DNA of 64,000 nucleotides from NCBI RefSeq assembly GCF_009914755.1, contig NC_060932.1; one strand, 5' to 3'. The notes beneath the pieces are model-generated. The model was not told the DNA's origin. It worked only from the letters and a program-made list of their open reading frames with translations, and made no database searches. Positions within the stretch are counted from its first letter, which is position 1. Each line of letters opens with the position of its first letter. The position numbers and the translations under genes are program-made. Shown here piece after piece: positions 1 to 18,870 of the stretch. The stretch comes from the human T2T-CHM13v2.0 reference genome, Homo sapiens.

Positions 1-607
1 CAGCCGAGCCTGGCTGCCCCAGCTGTGAGTGATTAAAATCTACTTCCCCAGATGCAATGTGGCCCAGGAATCATCAATATCTGAGTCTGACAGTCTATAG
101 GGCTCCTTCCCCCATAGCAGGTACCTTCTGCAAATTCTTACTGCTCATTGTCAGTGTGATCAGGGACCCCATGAGTGCTTGACTGTCCAGGTCCCTGGTG
201 CTGAATTTGTCCTCTGACTAGCATGTTGAATAGTGTTGAATCTCCTTTCTTTTGGGGATTCCTAATTCCTCAGAGATTTGAACCCTACCTTCCATTTGAT
301 GTTTGATCACTTGGATAGGCTTTACTAGTTTATAATTTTAAACCCACTTGAGTCTAAAAACTATTACCCACTTTGTCTTTGGCCACATCCTTTCCATTCA
401 CTGATATACTGGTATCAACCCTACTTAGGCTGAAATTAACTCACTCTCTTGGTGTCTTTTGTCCTAGTTAGTTCTCTAGCCCTTTAGTATTAATCTTAGC
501 TTGTTTGCATTACCTATCTTATTTCCAAGGATGTGCTAGTTTGGACACTAAGATTTTATGTCTTTATATACAGTACATATAGAATATGTACTAATATATA
601 CATATTC

Positions 608-955
<348 letters not shown>

Positions 956-3220
956 TGAAAGGCATACACATAATTTTGCTAATTTGATAAAAATGAATCC
1001 CCCCCATCAAAAATAAAACCATCATTACCTTGTACATGTGTTTTCTCAGTATCCCTTCCCCTTTATTTGCAATTGGAAGAATGGCATGTTAGTCTCTATT
1101 CTTTTCTCCTTAGGCAGCCATGAATATATAGCACTGGGAATATATGGGACCCTGCTGGGGCATATGAATAATCAAGATGGTACAAGGTTTTACTTGAACA
1201 TAGTGACCATATGGATAATCCCCAATCTAATTGACAGACAAGCTGATAATGGTATAAAGTATTTTATATAAATATTGTTCCAGGAAGTCTAACATAATAT
1301 TGTAACAGTCACTCTGAAATTGGTAGAAAAATCACCTCTCTCATCACTGAGAGAGATAGCATACAAGTACATTTTACAATAAAATGACTTCCTCCCATTT
1401 TTCTGGATTGAAAGACTGTATTGTGAATGTGGACAAGATTGTTAATGTAAAGTACAATACTGGATACACTTTTGGTGTTTGAGGTCCTTAGAACATTAAA
1501 AAGAAAAAATTCATGAAAAAGAGAATTAGGTTGAGACATATATTTTGAGGCTTTGAGTACATTTTGGAAGTGAATGTATGTATTCCTAGGCTTTGGATCA
1601 GAAAGCTAATGGAAGTTCTTCTCCAAGGTGAAAGAGACAATGCAAGGAAAAGATCCAGCTGTTCTTTGCATCTGCTGGAGACACACATCAGAACAAAGCC
1701 AAAAGCAGCAGAGGCTGGTAGGTCATTAATGCCTTTCACACAGGCAGCGTGGAAAGAAAGATGGCCACCCTCAAACACTCATGAATTGGAGTTAGCTTTC
1801 ATTTTATCCATCCTGCTCTCGAGAAGTTGACATTATAATAATGAAAAACATGTCAGGTTGGTGAGATTTGAATTGAGTGTGCACATTTGTTAGCATTCCT
1901 GGCTGCATGGGTACTTTTGTTGATAAAGTGAAGTGCTCTATAATATTAAATCATTATTTCATGCCACTTATATTAATGTTCTGAAAGGCATTGCAAATTA
2001 TATTATACTATTTCTTATAGCTGATTAACTTCATAGAGCTGGCCATGTCCTGTTTGTGGGATAAGATACTGGGAGGTTTTTTTTAGAGGAAAGGAAAGAT
2101 TATTTACAGCATATTTATTTTTTCTCATACATTTGAAATCCAATGCATCTTTTCCAAACATGCTAGAATGGATGAAAAATAAAGACATAGAAGGAAGCAA
2201 AAATAAGAGCGAGTGGGAGAGATCCCATGGGTTTTCTATGCAACATTTTATTTTCCTTTTTTTGTCCCCCTGTTTATACAAGAGGCCTTTCAGAAAGACC
2301 TTGCATGGAACAAAGAAGCATAAAAGAAAGACCTGGGAAAAAGAAAAATGAAGGATTGGAGTAATCTTAATAAGCCCCCAAGAAGAGAAAGGGATTTCTT
2401 ATTGTCTCTCTGACATTATATGGGAGTCCGATGGTGACCTGAGCTCTGCGGAACTCACTTTCTGTACTAGCTCCAGATTAGGCCTACTTCTGAAGAGCTG
2501 CACAATATGGAACCCAGAAAACCCTTTCTCCTGTTGATAACCATGCCTCCTGCAATTTTCTTCAGTCTCTTTAAGAAGTATGCAATAAGTTTAGAATACA
2601 ATAGAGAAAAGTTTATGAGTAGTAATTTAGTCAGAAGACCAAATAAGCCTGTTTGCAAATATCCTGGCAATGTAGTCATATGTTACTGGGGCCAGTAAAT
2701 GTAGCTGATGTCTGGGAGAGAGCTCTCCAGATGTTTCTGGCATCCTTAGAGGCAGCAGGAACTGAATGTTGGGGATGTCCCCAAGCATATTATACCTTCT
2801 TAATGTGAAACTTTCAGAGCCAAGTGAATACTAGCAGGAACCACATTGGGAGCAGGAATTAAATGTTGAAGGTACTTTGAAGGTGCTTTTCTTTATTCAC
2901 CATTTGCTTCACTGGGCAGTCTGTTAAAATGTTCTTTGACAAAGTAGAAATAGTAATTCTATTATACTGTCCTATATATTATTGCCAGTAGTGTTTTTAT
3001 GAACAGTTATTGAGAATTAACTAAGAAACTTCTGCACAATAAAAGAAAATATCAATAAAGAGACAACCTACAGAATAGGAGAAAATATTTGCCAACTGTG
3101 TATCCAAAAATGGTCTAATATCCAGAACCTATAAAGAACATAAACAAATCAACAGGCAAAAAACAAATAACCCAATTAAGAAATGAACTCAGAACATGAA
3201 CAGACACTTCTCAAAAAACA

Positions 3221-4962
3221 AAAAGAATAAAGTATCTAGGAATACAGCTAACCAGGGAAGTGAAAGATTTCCACAATGAGAATTACAAAATGCTGCTCAA
3301 GGAAATCAGAGATGACACAAACAAATGGAAAAACATTCCACATTCATGGATAGAAAGAATCAATATTGTTAAAATGGCCATACTGTCCAAAGCAATTTAT
3401 AGATTCAATGCTATTCCTATCACACTACCAATGACACTCTTCATAGAATTAGAAAAAACTATTTTAAAATTCACATGGATCCAAATAACCAAGGCAATTC
3501 TAAGCAAAAAGAACAGAGCTGTAGGCATCACATTACCTGACTTCAAACTATACTACAAGGCTACAGTAACCAAAACAGCATGGTACTGTACATGAACAGA
3601 CACATAGACCAATAAAACAAAATAGAGCACTGAAATAATGCCACACACCTATAATCATCTGATCTTCAACAAAGTCGACAAAAACAAGCAATGAGGAAAG
3701 GGCTCTGTATTCAATAAATGGTGATGGGATAACTGGCTAGCCATATGCAGAAGATTGAAACTGGACCCCTTCTTTACAACATAGGTCCAAAAATCAACTC
3801 AAATGGATTAAAGACTTACATGTAAAACCGAACCCTATAAAAACTCTGGAAGCTAATCTAGGAAATACATTCTGGACGTAGGACTGCACAAAGATTTCAT
3901 GATGAAAATGCCAAAAGCAATAGCAATAAAAACAAAAATTGACAAATGGGACAAAATTAAACTAAAGAGCTTCTGTTGATAGAAGAAACTATCAACAGAG
4001 TAAACAGACAACATACGGAACAGGAGAAAATTTTTGCAAGCTATGCATCTGACAAAGGTCTAATAAATCTATTGTAGTGAATCTACAAGGAACTTAAACA
4101 AATTTACATGAGAAGAACAACCCCATTAAAAAGTGGGCAAAGGGCATGAACAGACACTTTTCAAAAGAAGGCATACATGCAGCCAACAATCATATGAAAA
4201 AAACTCAATATTACTGATCATTACAGAAATGCAAATCAAAACCACAATGTGACACCATTTCACACCAGTTAGATGGATATTATTAAGAAGTAAAAAAAGT
4301 AATAGATGCTGGCAAGATTCTGGAGAAAAGGGAATGCTTATACATTGCTGGTGGGAGTATAAGTTAGTTTAGCCATTGTAGAAAGCAGTGTGACAATTCC
4401 TCAAAGAGCTAAACATAGAACTACCATTTGACCCAGCAATCCCATTATTGGGTATATACCAGCAGGAATATAAATTATTCTACCATAAAGACATATACAT
4501 GTGTATATTCATCACAGCACTATTCACAATAGCAAAGACATGGAACCAATCTAAATGCCCATCAGTGATAAACTGGGTAAAGAAAATGTGGTACATATAC
4601 ACTATATACACTACGTAGCCATAAAAAGGACAAGATCATGTCCTTTGCAGAACATGGATGGAACTGAGGGCCATTATCCTAAGTGAACTAACACAGGAAG
4701 AGAAAATCAAGTACTGCATGTTCTCACTTATAGGTGTGAGCTAAACATTGTGTACATATGGAAACAAAGAAGGTTAACAACAGATGTTGGGGCCTACTTA
4801 AGGATGGAGGATGGGAGGAGGGAGAGGATCAGAAAAAAATAACCTTTAGGTTCTATGTTTAGTATCTGGGTGGTGAAATAATCTGTACACAAAACCTCTG
4901 TGACACACAGTTTACCTATATAACAAACCTGCACATGTACCCCTGAACCTAAAATAAAAGTA

Positions 4963-5000
<38 letters not shown>
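3221..5000 (+). mobile_element. 5'-truncated L1 (L1PB-like) nested in the L1 above
   Basis: ORF 3260-3595 is L1 ORF2 ([21 protein letters not shown]...[17 protein letters not shown]). 3' UTR ends 'aacctaaaataaaagt' with an (AAC)n tail. Confidence 0.9.
4964..5000. repeat. (AAC)n microsatellite derived from the L1 tail
   Basis: About 12 AAC units directly after the L1 polyA signal. Confidence 0.95.
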
Positions 5001-5001
<1 letters not shown>

Positions 5002-5749
5002 AGAAGACAAGCAGCCAACAAACATGAAGAAAATGCTTAACATTACTAAATATGAGATAAATGCAAATCAAATATAACGAGATACTGTCTCATACCAGTC
5101 AGAAAGGCTATTATTAAAAAGTCAAAAAAATAACAGATCTTGGTGAGACTATGGAGAAAAGGGAATGCTTATACACTGCTGGTGGGAGTATAAATTAGTT
5201 TAGCCATTGCAGAAAGCAGTGTGACAATTCCTCAAAGAGCTAAACACAGAACTACCACTTAACCCAGCAATTCCATTATTGTGTATATACCAACAGGAAT
5301 ATAAATTATTCTACCATAAAGACATATACATATGTATGTTCATCACAGCACTATTCACAATAGCAAAGACATGGAATCAATCTAAATGCCCATCAATGAT
5401 AAACTCATGGTGGGAATGTAAATTGGTTCAGCCACTGTGGAAAGCAATTTGGAGATATCTCAAAGAACTTAAAACAGAACTACTGTTCAACCCAGTAATA
5501 CCATTACTGGGTATATACCCAAAGGAAAATAAATAGTTCCACCAAAAAGACACACACACTTGCATGTTCATTGCTGTGCTATTCACAATAGCAAAGACAT
5601 AGAATCAACCTAGGTGCCCATCGGTAGTAGACTGGATGAAGGAAATGTGGTACATATACACCATGGAATATGACACAGCCATAAAAAGAATATCATGTCC
5701 TTTGCAACAAAATGGATGGAACTGGAGGCCAGAATCCTAAGTGAATTAA

Positions 5750-6110
<361 letters not shown>

Positions 6111-6394
6111 TAAGTGGAGCTAAACGTTGAGTCCACACTGGGAACTTCTAGAGAGGGGAAGGAGGGAGTGGTGTGGGTTGTAAAGCTAATGATTGGGTAC
6201 TATGCTCCCAAACCTCAGCATCACAAAATATTACCATGCAACAAATCTGCATGTGTACCTCCTGAATCTAAAAGTTGAAACTGTAAAAAAGAACATTATT
6301 TAAAAATCAGTTATAAAATGACATTTTTGATCAAACAATGTGACAGTAAGAACTGAAGCTATCTCAACCTTGCATATTTAATAATTTGATGATT

Positions 6395-6580
6395 ACTAAT
6401 ATTTATTGCATACATACTTTCCCAGACACTATTCTAAGCCCTTTATATGTGTTAAGTCATTTAAACCTCTTAACAACATTACTATGAGGTATTTTTAAGG
6501 AAACTCAAGCACATAGAACTTAACTTGCCCAAGGTCATTCAACTGTTAAGTTAATGAGCAGGAATTTGAAGCCAGGCAGG
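6395..6580 (-). mobile_element. MIR SINE
   Basis: Antisense MIR core 'taacttgcccaaggtca ... ggaatttgaagccaggcag'. Confidence 0.8.
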
Positions 6581-6768
6581 CTTGGATCGTATGTTAGAAT
6601 TTCTTCTCTACTTTTTTAAAAGACTAGCAAAATAGAAGACAGCAGTGATATCTGACCTCGATTATTACTGTCTTGTCAATGATAGCCTGGTAAGAGAGCT
6701 TATCATATGATCATGTCATCAACCTATCCATCACTGAACTCATGATCTTTTTTACTAAAATTTATCTC

Positions 6769-7090
<322 letters not shown>

Positions 7091-7387
7091 TCAACAATGT
7101 AACTCTTCTCTGCATTGAAAACACCATTATCTTTGCAGAACACATATTAAAAATATCTGAGGACCCACACTGTTTGCCTATTTATCAAATTCCTTTTTAT
7201 CTTCCAAGGTTAATTAAAGAAATACTCCTGCTGAATTCCCCCCAAACTCCCCAGTGAGGTCAGGCATCCTGTGAGCCTCTTTCTCTTGCTTCCCAAATGC
7301 TGGCCTCTACATCAGCTACTTCGAATCCCTGGGACCTGAGCTGGAGATCCTTTGCCAGTCCTAAGAGATCTGTATGCTAGACCCTCA

Positions 7388-7407
7388 AATATATATATGT
7401 ATATGTC

Positions 7408-7441
<34 letters not shown>

Positions 7442-7477
7442 TGTATATATATGTATATATGTATATGTATATATATA
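7388..7477. repeat. Compound (TA)n/(TG)n microsatellite, probably inside a MER5-like relic (~7310-7535)
   Basis: Alternating purine-pyrimidine tract. Downstream 'caagtgattatgatgtttagcaggtttggga' resembles a MER5 end. Confidence 0.85.
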
Positions 7478-7904
7478 TTTTAAAGGAAAATTCTCTCAAG
7501 TGATTATGATGTTTAGCAGGTTTGGGAGCTACCCAAAACTGACCTCCCTCTTCCCAGCTTTCCTTCCATCCAGCCTCTTGGGCATTCATTCCTGGAACCC
7601 AGTGCTACACCTGGCACAAAGCACATGCCCAACAAATACCACTGAAGGAATGAAGAAAAAAAATGATTCAGATCGAGTTGACACCAGGCAGATTTTCAGG
7701 AAAATAAATCCTAGAACATATGTCAACATCAGCCTAACTGAATCCTCAATTCTATCACTAATGTCACATTATTAATCATTTATAAGAATGACCTAAATTC
7801 AGGAAAAATTAATTTATTTATATTCTGTAAAGCCTAATTATCAGAGGAGATAGTTTATAGTTTCATGGTAATTTCAGATGAGCAACACTTTACATTTGCA
7901 CCAC

Positions 7905-8064
7905 CAGGTATGTGCCACCATGACCCACTAATTTTTGTATTTTTAGTAGATACAGGGTTTCACCATGTTGGCCAAGGTGGTCTTGAACTCCTGACCTCAA
8001 GTGATCTGCCCACCTCAGCCTCCCAAAGTGCTGGGATTACAGGTGTGAGCCACTGTGCCAGGCC
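7905..8064 (-). mobile_element. Partial Alu (left arm, linker and start of right arm; no tail)
   Basis: Runs 'caggtatgtgccaccatg...atttttgtatttttagtaga...cactgtgccaggcc'. Confidence 0.9.
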
Positions 8065-8196
8065 TCCCATGTCCCTTTTCAATAAATACTTCCCAAAATA
8101 TATTGATATTGTCCCACTTCAACACATTGCCATTATCACAGCTAATGATATTAATGGTAATTCAAAAATATCATCTAATATTGAACCTACATTTAA

Positions 8197-8530
<334 letters not shown>

Positions 8531-8564
8531 GTCGTCCCCTTCAGAATCATTTCTTAAAAAATAA

Positions 8565-8915
<351 letters not shown>

Positions 8916-9028
8916 ACAATCCATTTTTTTATGCATAAATAGTTCATTGACTTTTTGAAGGATCAGCCCATTGTCTTTTAGAATATTTTACCTTTGATTT
9001 GTCTGACAGTTTCCTCATGGTTTTAACG

Positions 9029-9237
9029 CAAGCTTGTCCAATCTGCCTTATTTTGTTGTTGTTGCTGTTGTTCTGGTTTTTTGTTTGTTTGTTTTAGACT
9101 TTTAGCAGCCCGAAGCCATGGTTTTTAGTTTCTGTCTTTAGTGACAAGTGGAAAAGTGGAATGAGAAGGGGGCTTTACTGGCCCATCGAGAAACAGAAAC
9201 TAAGAACCTATGACTATTCTCTCCCTTGGACACCCCG
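9029..9237 (-). mobile_element. MER30B-like hAT-Charlie MITE
   Basis: About 210 bp bounded by MER30-type termini caagcttgtccaa and ttggacaccccg, with an internal inverted repeat ttagtttctgt / acagaaactaa. Confidence 0.75.
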
Positions 9238-10169
9238 GTTCAACTTATTCCTCTTTCTTCCATATTTCTCTTAGTCTAGAAGTTAGATCTAAATATTTGA
9301 CTAAATTTAGGTTAAATGCTTTTGGTGGGAATACTCACTGGGGAAGCAGTGGAATTTGTGTTGCATTGTTTCAGTAGGTACAGAATGTTTAGTTGTGCTC
9401 CAAATAATTCTTGATCAGCAGGCAATGGTGCCAGGCAGTGTTACTTATAAAGGAGGGCTGGTGCTCTGGTAGCTTTTCTCTGGGCAAACCTTAAAAGCTT
9501 GTTTGCCAAAGATAACTCTCCCATTGTCTCTGGCATAATTTCTGGAATGCTGACATCATTAACCTTTGTTTATGCTGAGCTATTGGAAGCCCTTGATAGG
9601 GTTAACCTATTAAAAACCACTCTCTGCCATTTACACTTTATCTTGAACCATATTATTGGATTATACAGCTATTGATCCATCAGGGTACTTGAGGGAAAAC
9701 AACAGAGAGCACATGAGTCTTAATGGAAAGGAGAAGTACACAACAGTGGAAATTAGAGAGCCTGGTTGGCGATATTACCAGGGTCTCTTAACAATTGTAT
9801 TGCAATGAGACTAGCAGTTTGTGTAGACAAAGAAGTTAATTTGGGGGTGGGGGTGGGTAATGAGGGGCAAAAAGAAAAATGTTTTTAAAAATTGGTTTGG
9901 AATGATTCTTATCTACCCAAGTATGTTGCAGCCCCAACCTGTTGGTGTGTAACTGTAATGCTGAGACCTCCATAAGAGGGTTGCCTCACCTGCAACAGCA
10001 CAATTGACTTTACCATATCAAGTTCCCCTTTTATTTTTCTTTCTGAGTTTACTAATTAAAACATGAGTTGAGAATAGTTAATAGAAAGACCTAACAATCT
10101 TGATTTTTTTTTTCATTTTATAATCCAAAGCTATTGTCCTTTAAATTTATTTGCTTATTTGTCACCATC

Positions 10170-10282
10170 TTCTGGATGAAGCCAGAGGCTTGATGGCCTT
10201 GGTCACTTTTCTGTTTCCAGAGCTAGAACCAGCCTAGCTCATAGGAGAGGTTCAGTAATATTGTTAAGTGAAGTAATGAATT
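10170..10282 (+). mobile_element. L2 3' end relic
   Basis: 'tttccagagctagaaccagcctagctcatagg...aatattgttaagtgaa...tgaat'. Confidence 0.6.
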
Positions 10283-13200
10283 AACAACTTGGAAACAGGC
10301 TGGAACCTTTGTTTTCTATTGGAGGTAACTACTTTGCATTACTAATCCTATTAACTGTTTTTGGTGGAGTTTATTGGGTGATGATGTACTGACTAAAAGT
10401 TTCCAAAACATGTTTCCCCAAAGTCACGACCTTGCACTTCTAAAGAAAGCACATGCTATTCTCATTTACCTTGAGGGACTGTAGGTATACTCTTGGATTA
10501 TTGTAGGTATATTTCCTGCAACCATATATTTTGAAAATAAGGAAGGAAATAGAGTTTAAGACTTAAATTTTCTCTCTGTGATGTTTTGTTTTGGTAACAG
10601 TATATATTAAATTGAAGGAATTGTTGGCATATACAGAAACTCGGAGCAACAAACTTTTTCATTTGTTAGATGAAATGCAAGTCCACTCTGAAAAGAGTCT
10701 TCCTGCATTTCCCTCATGAGAAAATAGTGAATGAGTAAAGAATAAAGAGTTATGGATATTGACCTTTGAAACTCTCCCCAAAGCTTCGTGACTACTGATG
10801 GGATGACATGAAAAGTCATTTCACTTATAATGAGATACAAAGCGGGCCTGTCTTCTTTTAAAACCTGGCATTTAAAAATACATTTACTTCTATTATGTCC
10901 TGGCCTAACCTGCACAGGCTATTGCATATGACATATTACCCGAGCAGATGTTTTAGACAATATGCTGGCAGCCACGCAAGTAAAGAATAAAGTTTATAGT
11001 TTTGTTTCTTCAATCTCAGAGTCACACAATTGAGAAAGCTTTTGTATCTGGCAATTTATTGCAAATGTTATGTAAACTGCCTATTAATTTTATGCCTACT
11101 GTGCAGCAGAACTCTTTAATATGAAGAAATGGGAGGAAATAGACATCTAGATGATTTTCTTCCATAAGACATCTTCTCACCTTAGAAAAATCTTTTGTAG
11201 CCAATTTGCTTCTGACCTTATGAATGAGGAAGCTGGTTAGAGGGACATGCAGATGTTTGGGGACTTGTATTTCTTGATACTAATGGGGGTGGAGAGGGAA
11301 AAATGAGAAGAAAGGTATGATGATAGGAATTTCTATAATTGTATTATTTTGAGCAGCTACCTAGACTATACCTAGGTTATAGAAGAAGTGTGAGGTTTTA
11401 AAAGAACTGTTCCAGGGAAATGATTGCATTCATTTTACTGTCATGACCTCTACTGCAATTTATATTATGAACTCAAAATAAGCCTGTTTAATATTTCATT
11501 AAAATGTATAAAGTATAAACATACAGTATTATGTTACATGATGCATTTGCAAGTTTATGCTCAGATGTGGAAGATTTCTGTATTCATGAAGGAATGACCT
11601 TCATACCCCACTGGAGGATCACCAGTTTATGCAATTCTATGACATTTTTATTTTATTTATGTGCCGAATGAAAATATGACATTCCTATCATCTTCTTTAA
11701 CAAATGTATTATCTATCAGAGAGGGCACAAAACCATCTCTGTTTTCACTGGGTGGCTGGCACAAATATTTGTCCCAATGACTTAGCAATGCCACCTTCAC
11801 CTGTGTACGTGCTCAAGCATTTGCATTTGTGTTTCTGAAATTCACTTTTCCTTATCCAAATGTGTAGAATAATAATTTGAAAAATAGGAAAAAACCTATG
11901 AGTTTTATGCTATGTAATCAATAGGAAACATTCCTAAATAGCAGATAAGTGGAAATTAGGGAGATGAAAGGAAAATTAATTAATCCCAAATCAATTAATA
12001 AAACACTTCCACTACCACAACAAAATCAGAATGTTTGAACAATTTCTGAGCTTCACATGGATAATTCATCAAGATAAACAGATGTTCATTTAACACTATG
12101 GCTTCCTGTCTCCCAAGCAGCATTGATTCTGTTCTGATCAATCTTTTAGTTTTGAATTTCTAACCAATAGAAGGCCTTGAAAAAAGCAAACCATCTATGT
12201 GAATTGGCTGTTTTTGTAGGTGGCAGGACAAAAGTTGCTGATTTGGATTCAGAAAATACTTACTAATAGATTAAGGGGGAAAAAAATCAATGTTTTAAAT
12301 TGCTTGGTAGTTTTGACTCTGAGCCTAGTGGGACCTAGAGTCTCATAGAGTGAATGTATTGAAGGAAATAGGGTAGAGAATAAAGTTTTTATTTTGTTTC
12401 TTCAACTCAGAGTAACACATGTGAAGAAAATGCAAATGGACCTCATGAGAGGCTGTCAGGCTCTGTCTCTCTGGGACCTCTAGATCTCTTCTGAGCATTT
12501 GTTTCAGGTTTTCACTTCCTTTGAAGATTTTCTCATGATTTCTGTGCATTTTTATTTTTCATGATTTCTATGCCAAAATTTGATCACGTGGGCACTGGTA
12601 CTATAGTCTCTTCCAGTTTGGCACCAAACAAAGCCTAATTGTAGTCTCTCTGTCCCAATTCACAATTCTCACACTCAAGATTCCCAACCCCCACCTCTTC
12701 CCTTCCCTTCCTCATCTGGGCCGGGGACACTTTAGCTCCCATCTGGGATGGGCAGGAATTCAGGCTCTTATTACCCTCTAGTAGGTTGTGGGAATTCACT
12801 CTTCCAGAAGATGATGCGGGCAGGTTCAGGCATGAAAACCTGTGAGATTTTAAGACACCTCTAGAACATCAAATTATATAACTTTACATCTAGATTGCTC
12901 TGTAACTCCCTTCTTAGAGATGCTGCAAGTTATATCTCATCTTAAAAACAGAAGGAGGTTATCAATTTTTTAAATTGGTAGCTGACTTTAGCTTCAGGTA
13001 AACAGCTCTCTCTTTTTTATTAAAATGAGAGGAAAACTAAATGCAACAAAATATATTCTTTTGATTTTCATGAAATAACTTTCCTGCTAAATTATTCCTC
13101 AGAAAAATTGGTTTAGTGTAGTGAAAGCTCCCCCAGTAAAGCTCAATATAATTGTTTGAGAGAAGTATTGTTTTACCGAATGGTTAGAATGCACTCTGGG

Positions 13201-13919
13201 GGAATAAGAATGATTTAAGTACAATTAATCTGACTAACAGCATTTTCCGCAAATACTGCAGATGTAGTCTAACCAAATATTAGAGCTCCATTTAAAATAT
13301 ACATATATTATTTCCCCTTTACATTTTTTCCTTTAAACATTTTGAGAAGGAATTTATATAACATAAGATTAACTACTTAATCCCTTTACATTTTCAATAG
13401 AGTTTAAATGTCAGGCTTGAAAAATAATAAAATTAAAACATAACAATCAATGAAAAAGAGTTTTAAACAAATGGATTAGCTACAGGAGGCTTAAGGCAGA
13501 CAGACTGCCTCCAGCAGCAACAGCAGGAGAGAGAAGGGAGCAGTGAACCCTTTTCCCCAAACCCGAAGGAGTTCAAGAGATAGATGGCTTCATCCCTAAC
13601 TGTGTTAGAAGTTGTCCTGTCTCTGGAAGCTGACTCCATATGGTGATCCGTTAATTTAAATGCCGGAGGGAAGAAATGGCTGAGACCATTTAAGAAATTG
13701 AAAGTTTCATTGTTCCCCGTATATATGGCTACAGAGGAAGCTTTTTAAAAAATTCAGATTATTCAGCCATGGATTTGTAATCCCAGCTCACTGACATTAA
13801 TGTGTTGAAATTAATTTGCTTTATACAAGGTTCTTACAGATCATATATACCATGGTTAAGCTCTCAAACTCAACTATTCATAATACCTTAGCTGAAGTTA
13901 ACCTTAAAAACATAAATAG

Positions 13920-14715
<796 letters not shown>

Positions 14716-14959
14716 AGCCTGTAAACTTTGTGTTATCAGTTCATGGCAAGATAAGTACATTATGTGAGAAAAGTATTTGCAAACTTTTGTAGCAATTTGA
14801 CATTGATAGAACATTCAAGCATGGGATTTTGTAGATTACAAAAGTATCAGCCCACGGTGAATTGGGGAAAATAAAAAAAAAACAAACTGGTTCTTCAGCT
14901 AGAAAGTTTGAGAAGTACAACCCTCGCCCTACCTACTTCATAAGACACCTCTTAACTTA

Positions 14960-15210
14960 GATGGTGGAAGGTAAACCCCATAAAAATACAGATTCCACCG
15001 GTTTGTGCTATGTAGGAATATGTACTCCAAAGTGCAAAATCTGGTGCTGGATCTTGCCCTATATGTCACTAAAAAAGAACCCCAAGGCATGGTAGTCCTC
15101 TTTGTATTTTGGAGACAACATATACCACATGTGGGTGTGCAGCTCTGATCAATATAACAAGTAACCTGCCAGAGAAGGCTCTGCAGTAGATCCATACTGC
15201 AGAGAAAATC
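14960..15210 (+). mobile_element. ERV-L internal (pol) fragment, decayed
   Basis: Manual translation gives SKVQNLVLDLALYVTKKEPQGMVVLFVFWRQHIPHVGVQL*, matching the ERV-L pol motif TKKEAQ.LVGLFGFWRQHIPHLG. Confidence 0.8.
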
Positions 15211-15569
15211 CAGCTGAACTTTTGTGGCAACTCGGAATTCTTTTTGGAGCATCTAACAATTACCCATTGGAGAATAACAGCACAGAGCTCTAGGGCTTTA
15301 AAATAAAATCATGCTGTATTTTTTAGAAACTCAGTTTCTGTTTGAGAAACAACTACTAACTTGCTAAAAGATCCAAATAGAAACAGAACACATGACTTTG
15401 GGCCATCAGTGACCAAGTAGGCCAAGCCATCCCGGATGAAGTGGGTGTTATGTAGTTTACCAAGCCATGATATTGGGAGCAGACAGCAGTAATATATTAA
15501 TATTGTGATTGGAAAACATACACATATACATTTTCTCAGCAACATATATAGTACAATATTTTAGCAATA

Positions 15570-18870
<3,301 letters not shown>

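Noticed and set aside
1580-1723. Possible + strand exon (cctag| ... gctg|gtaggt)
   Set aside because: Poor polypyrimidine tract and an unrecognisable peptide.
4794-5021. Poly-Cys ORF
   Set aside because: It is the antisense translation of the (AAC)n L1 tail.
7374-7775. 133-aa ORF with CV/YI repeats (similar ORFs at 45432-45697)
   Set aside because: Open frames created by dinucleotide microsatellites.
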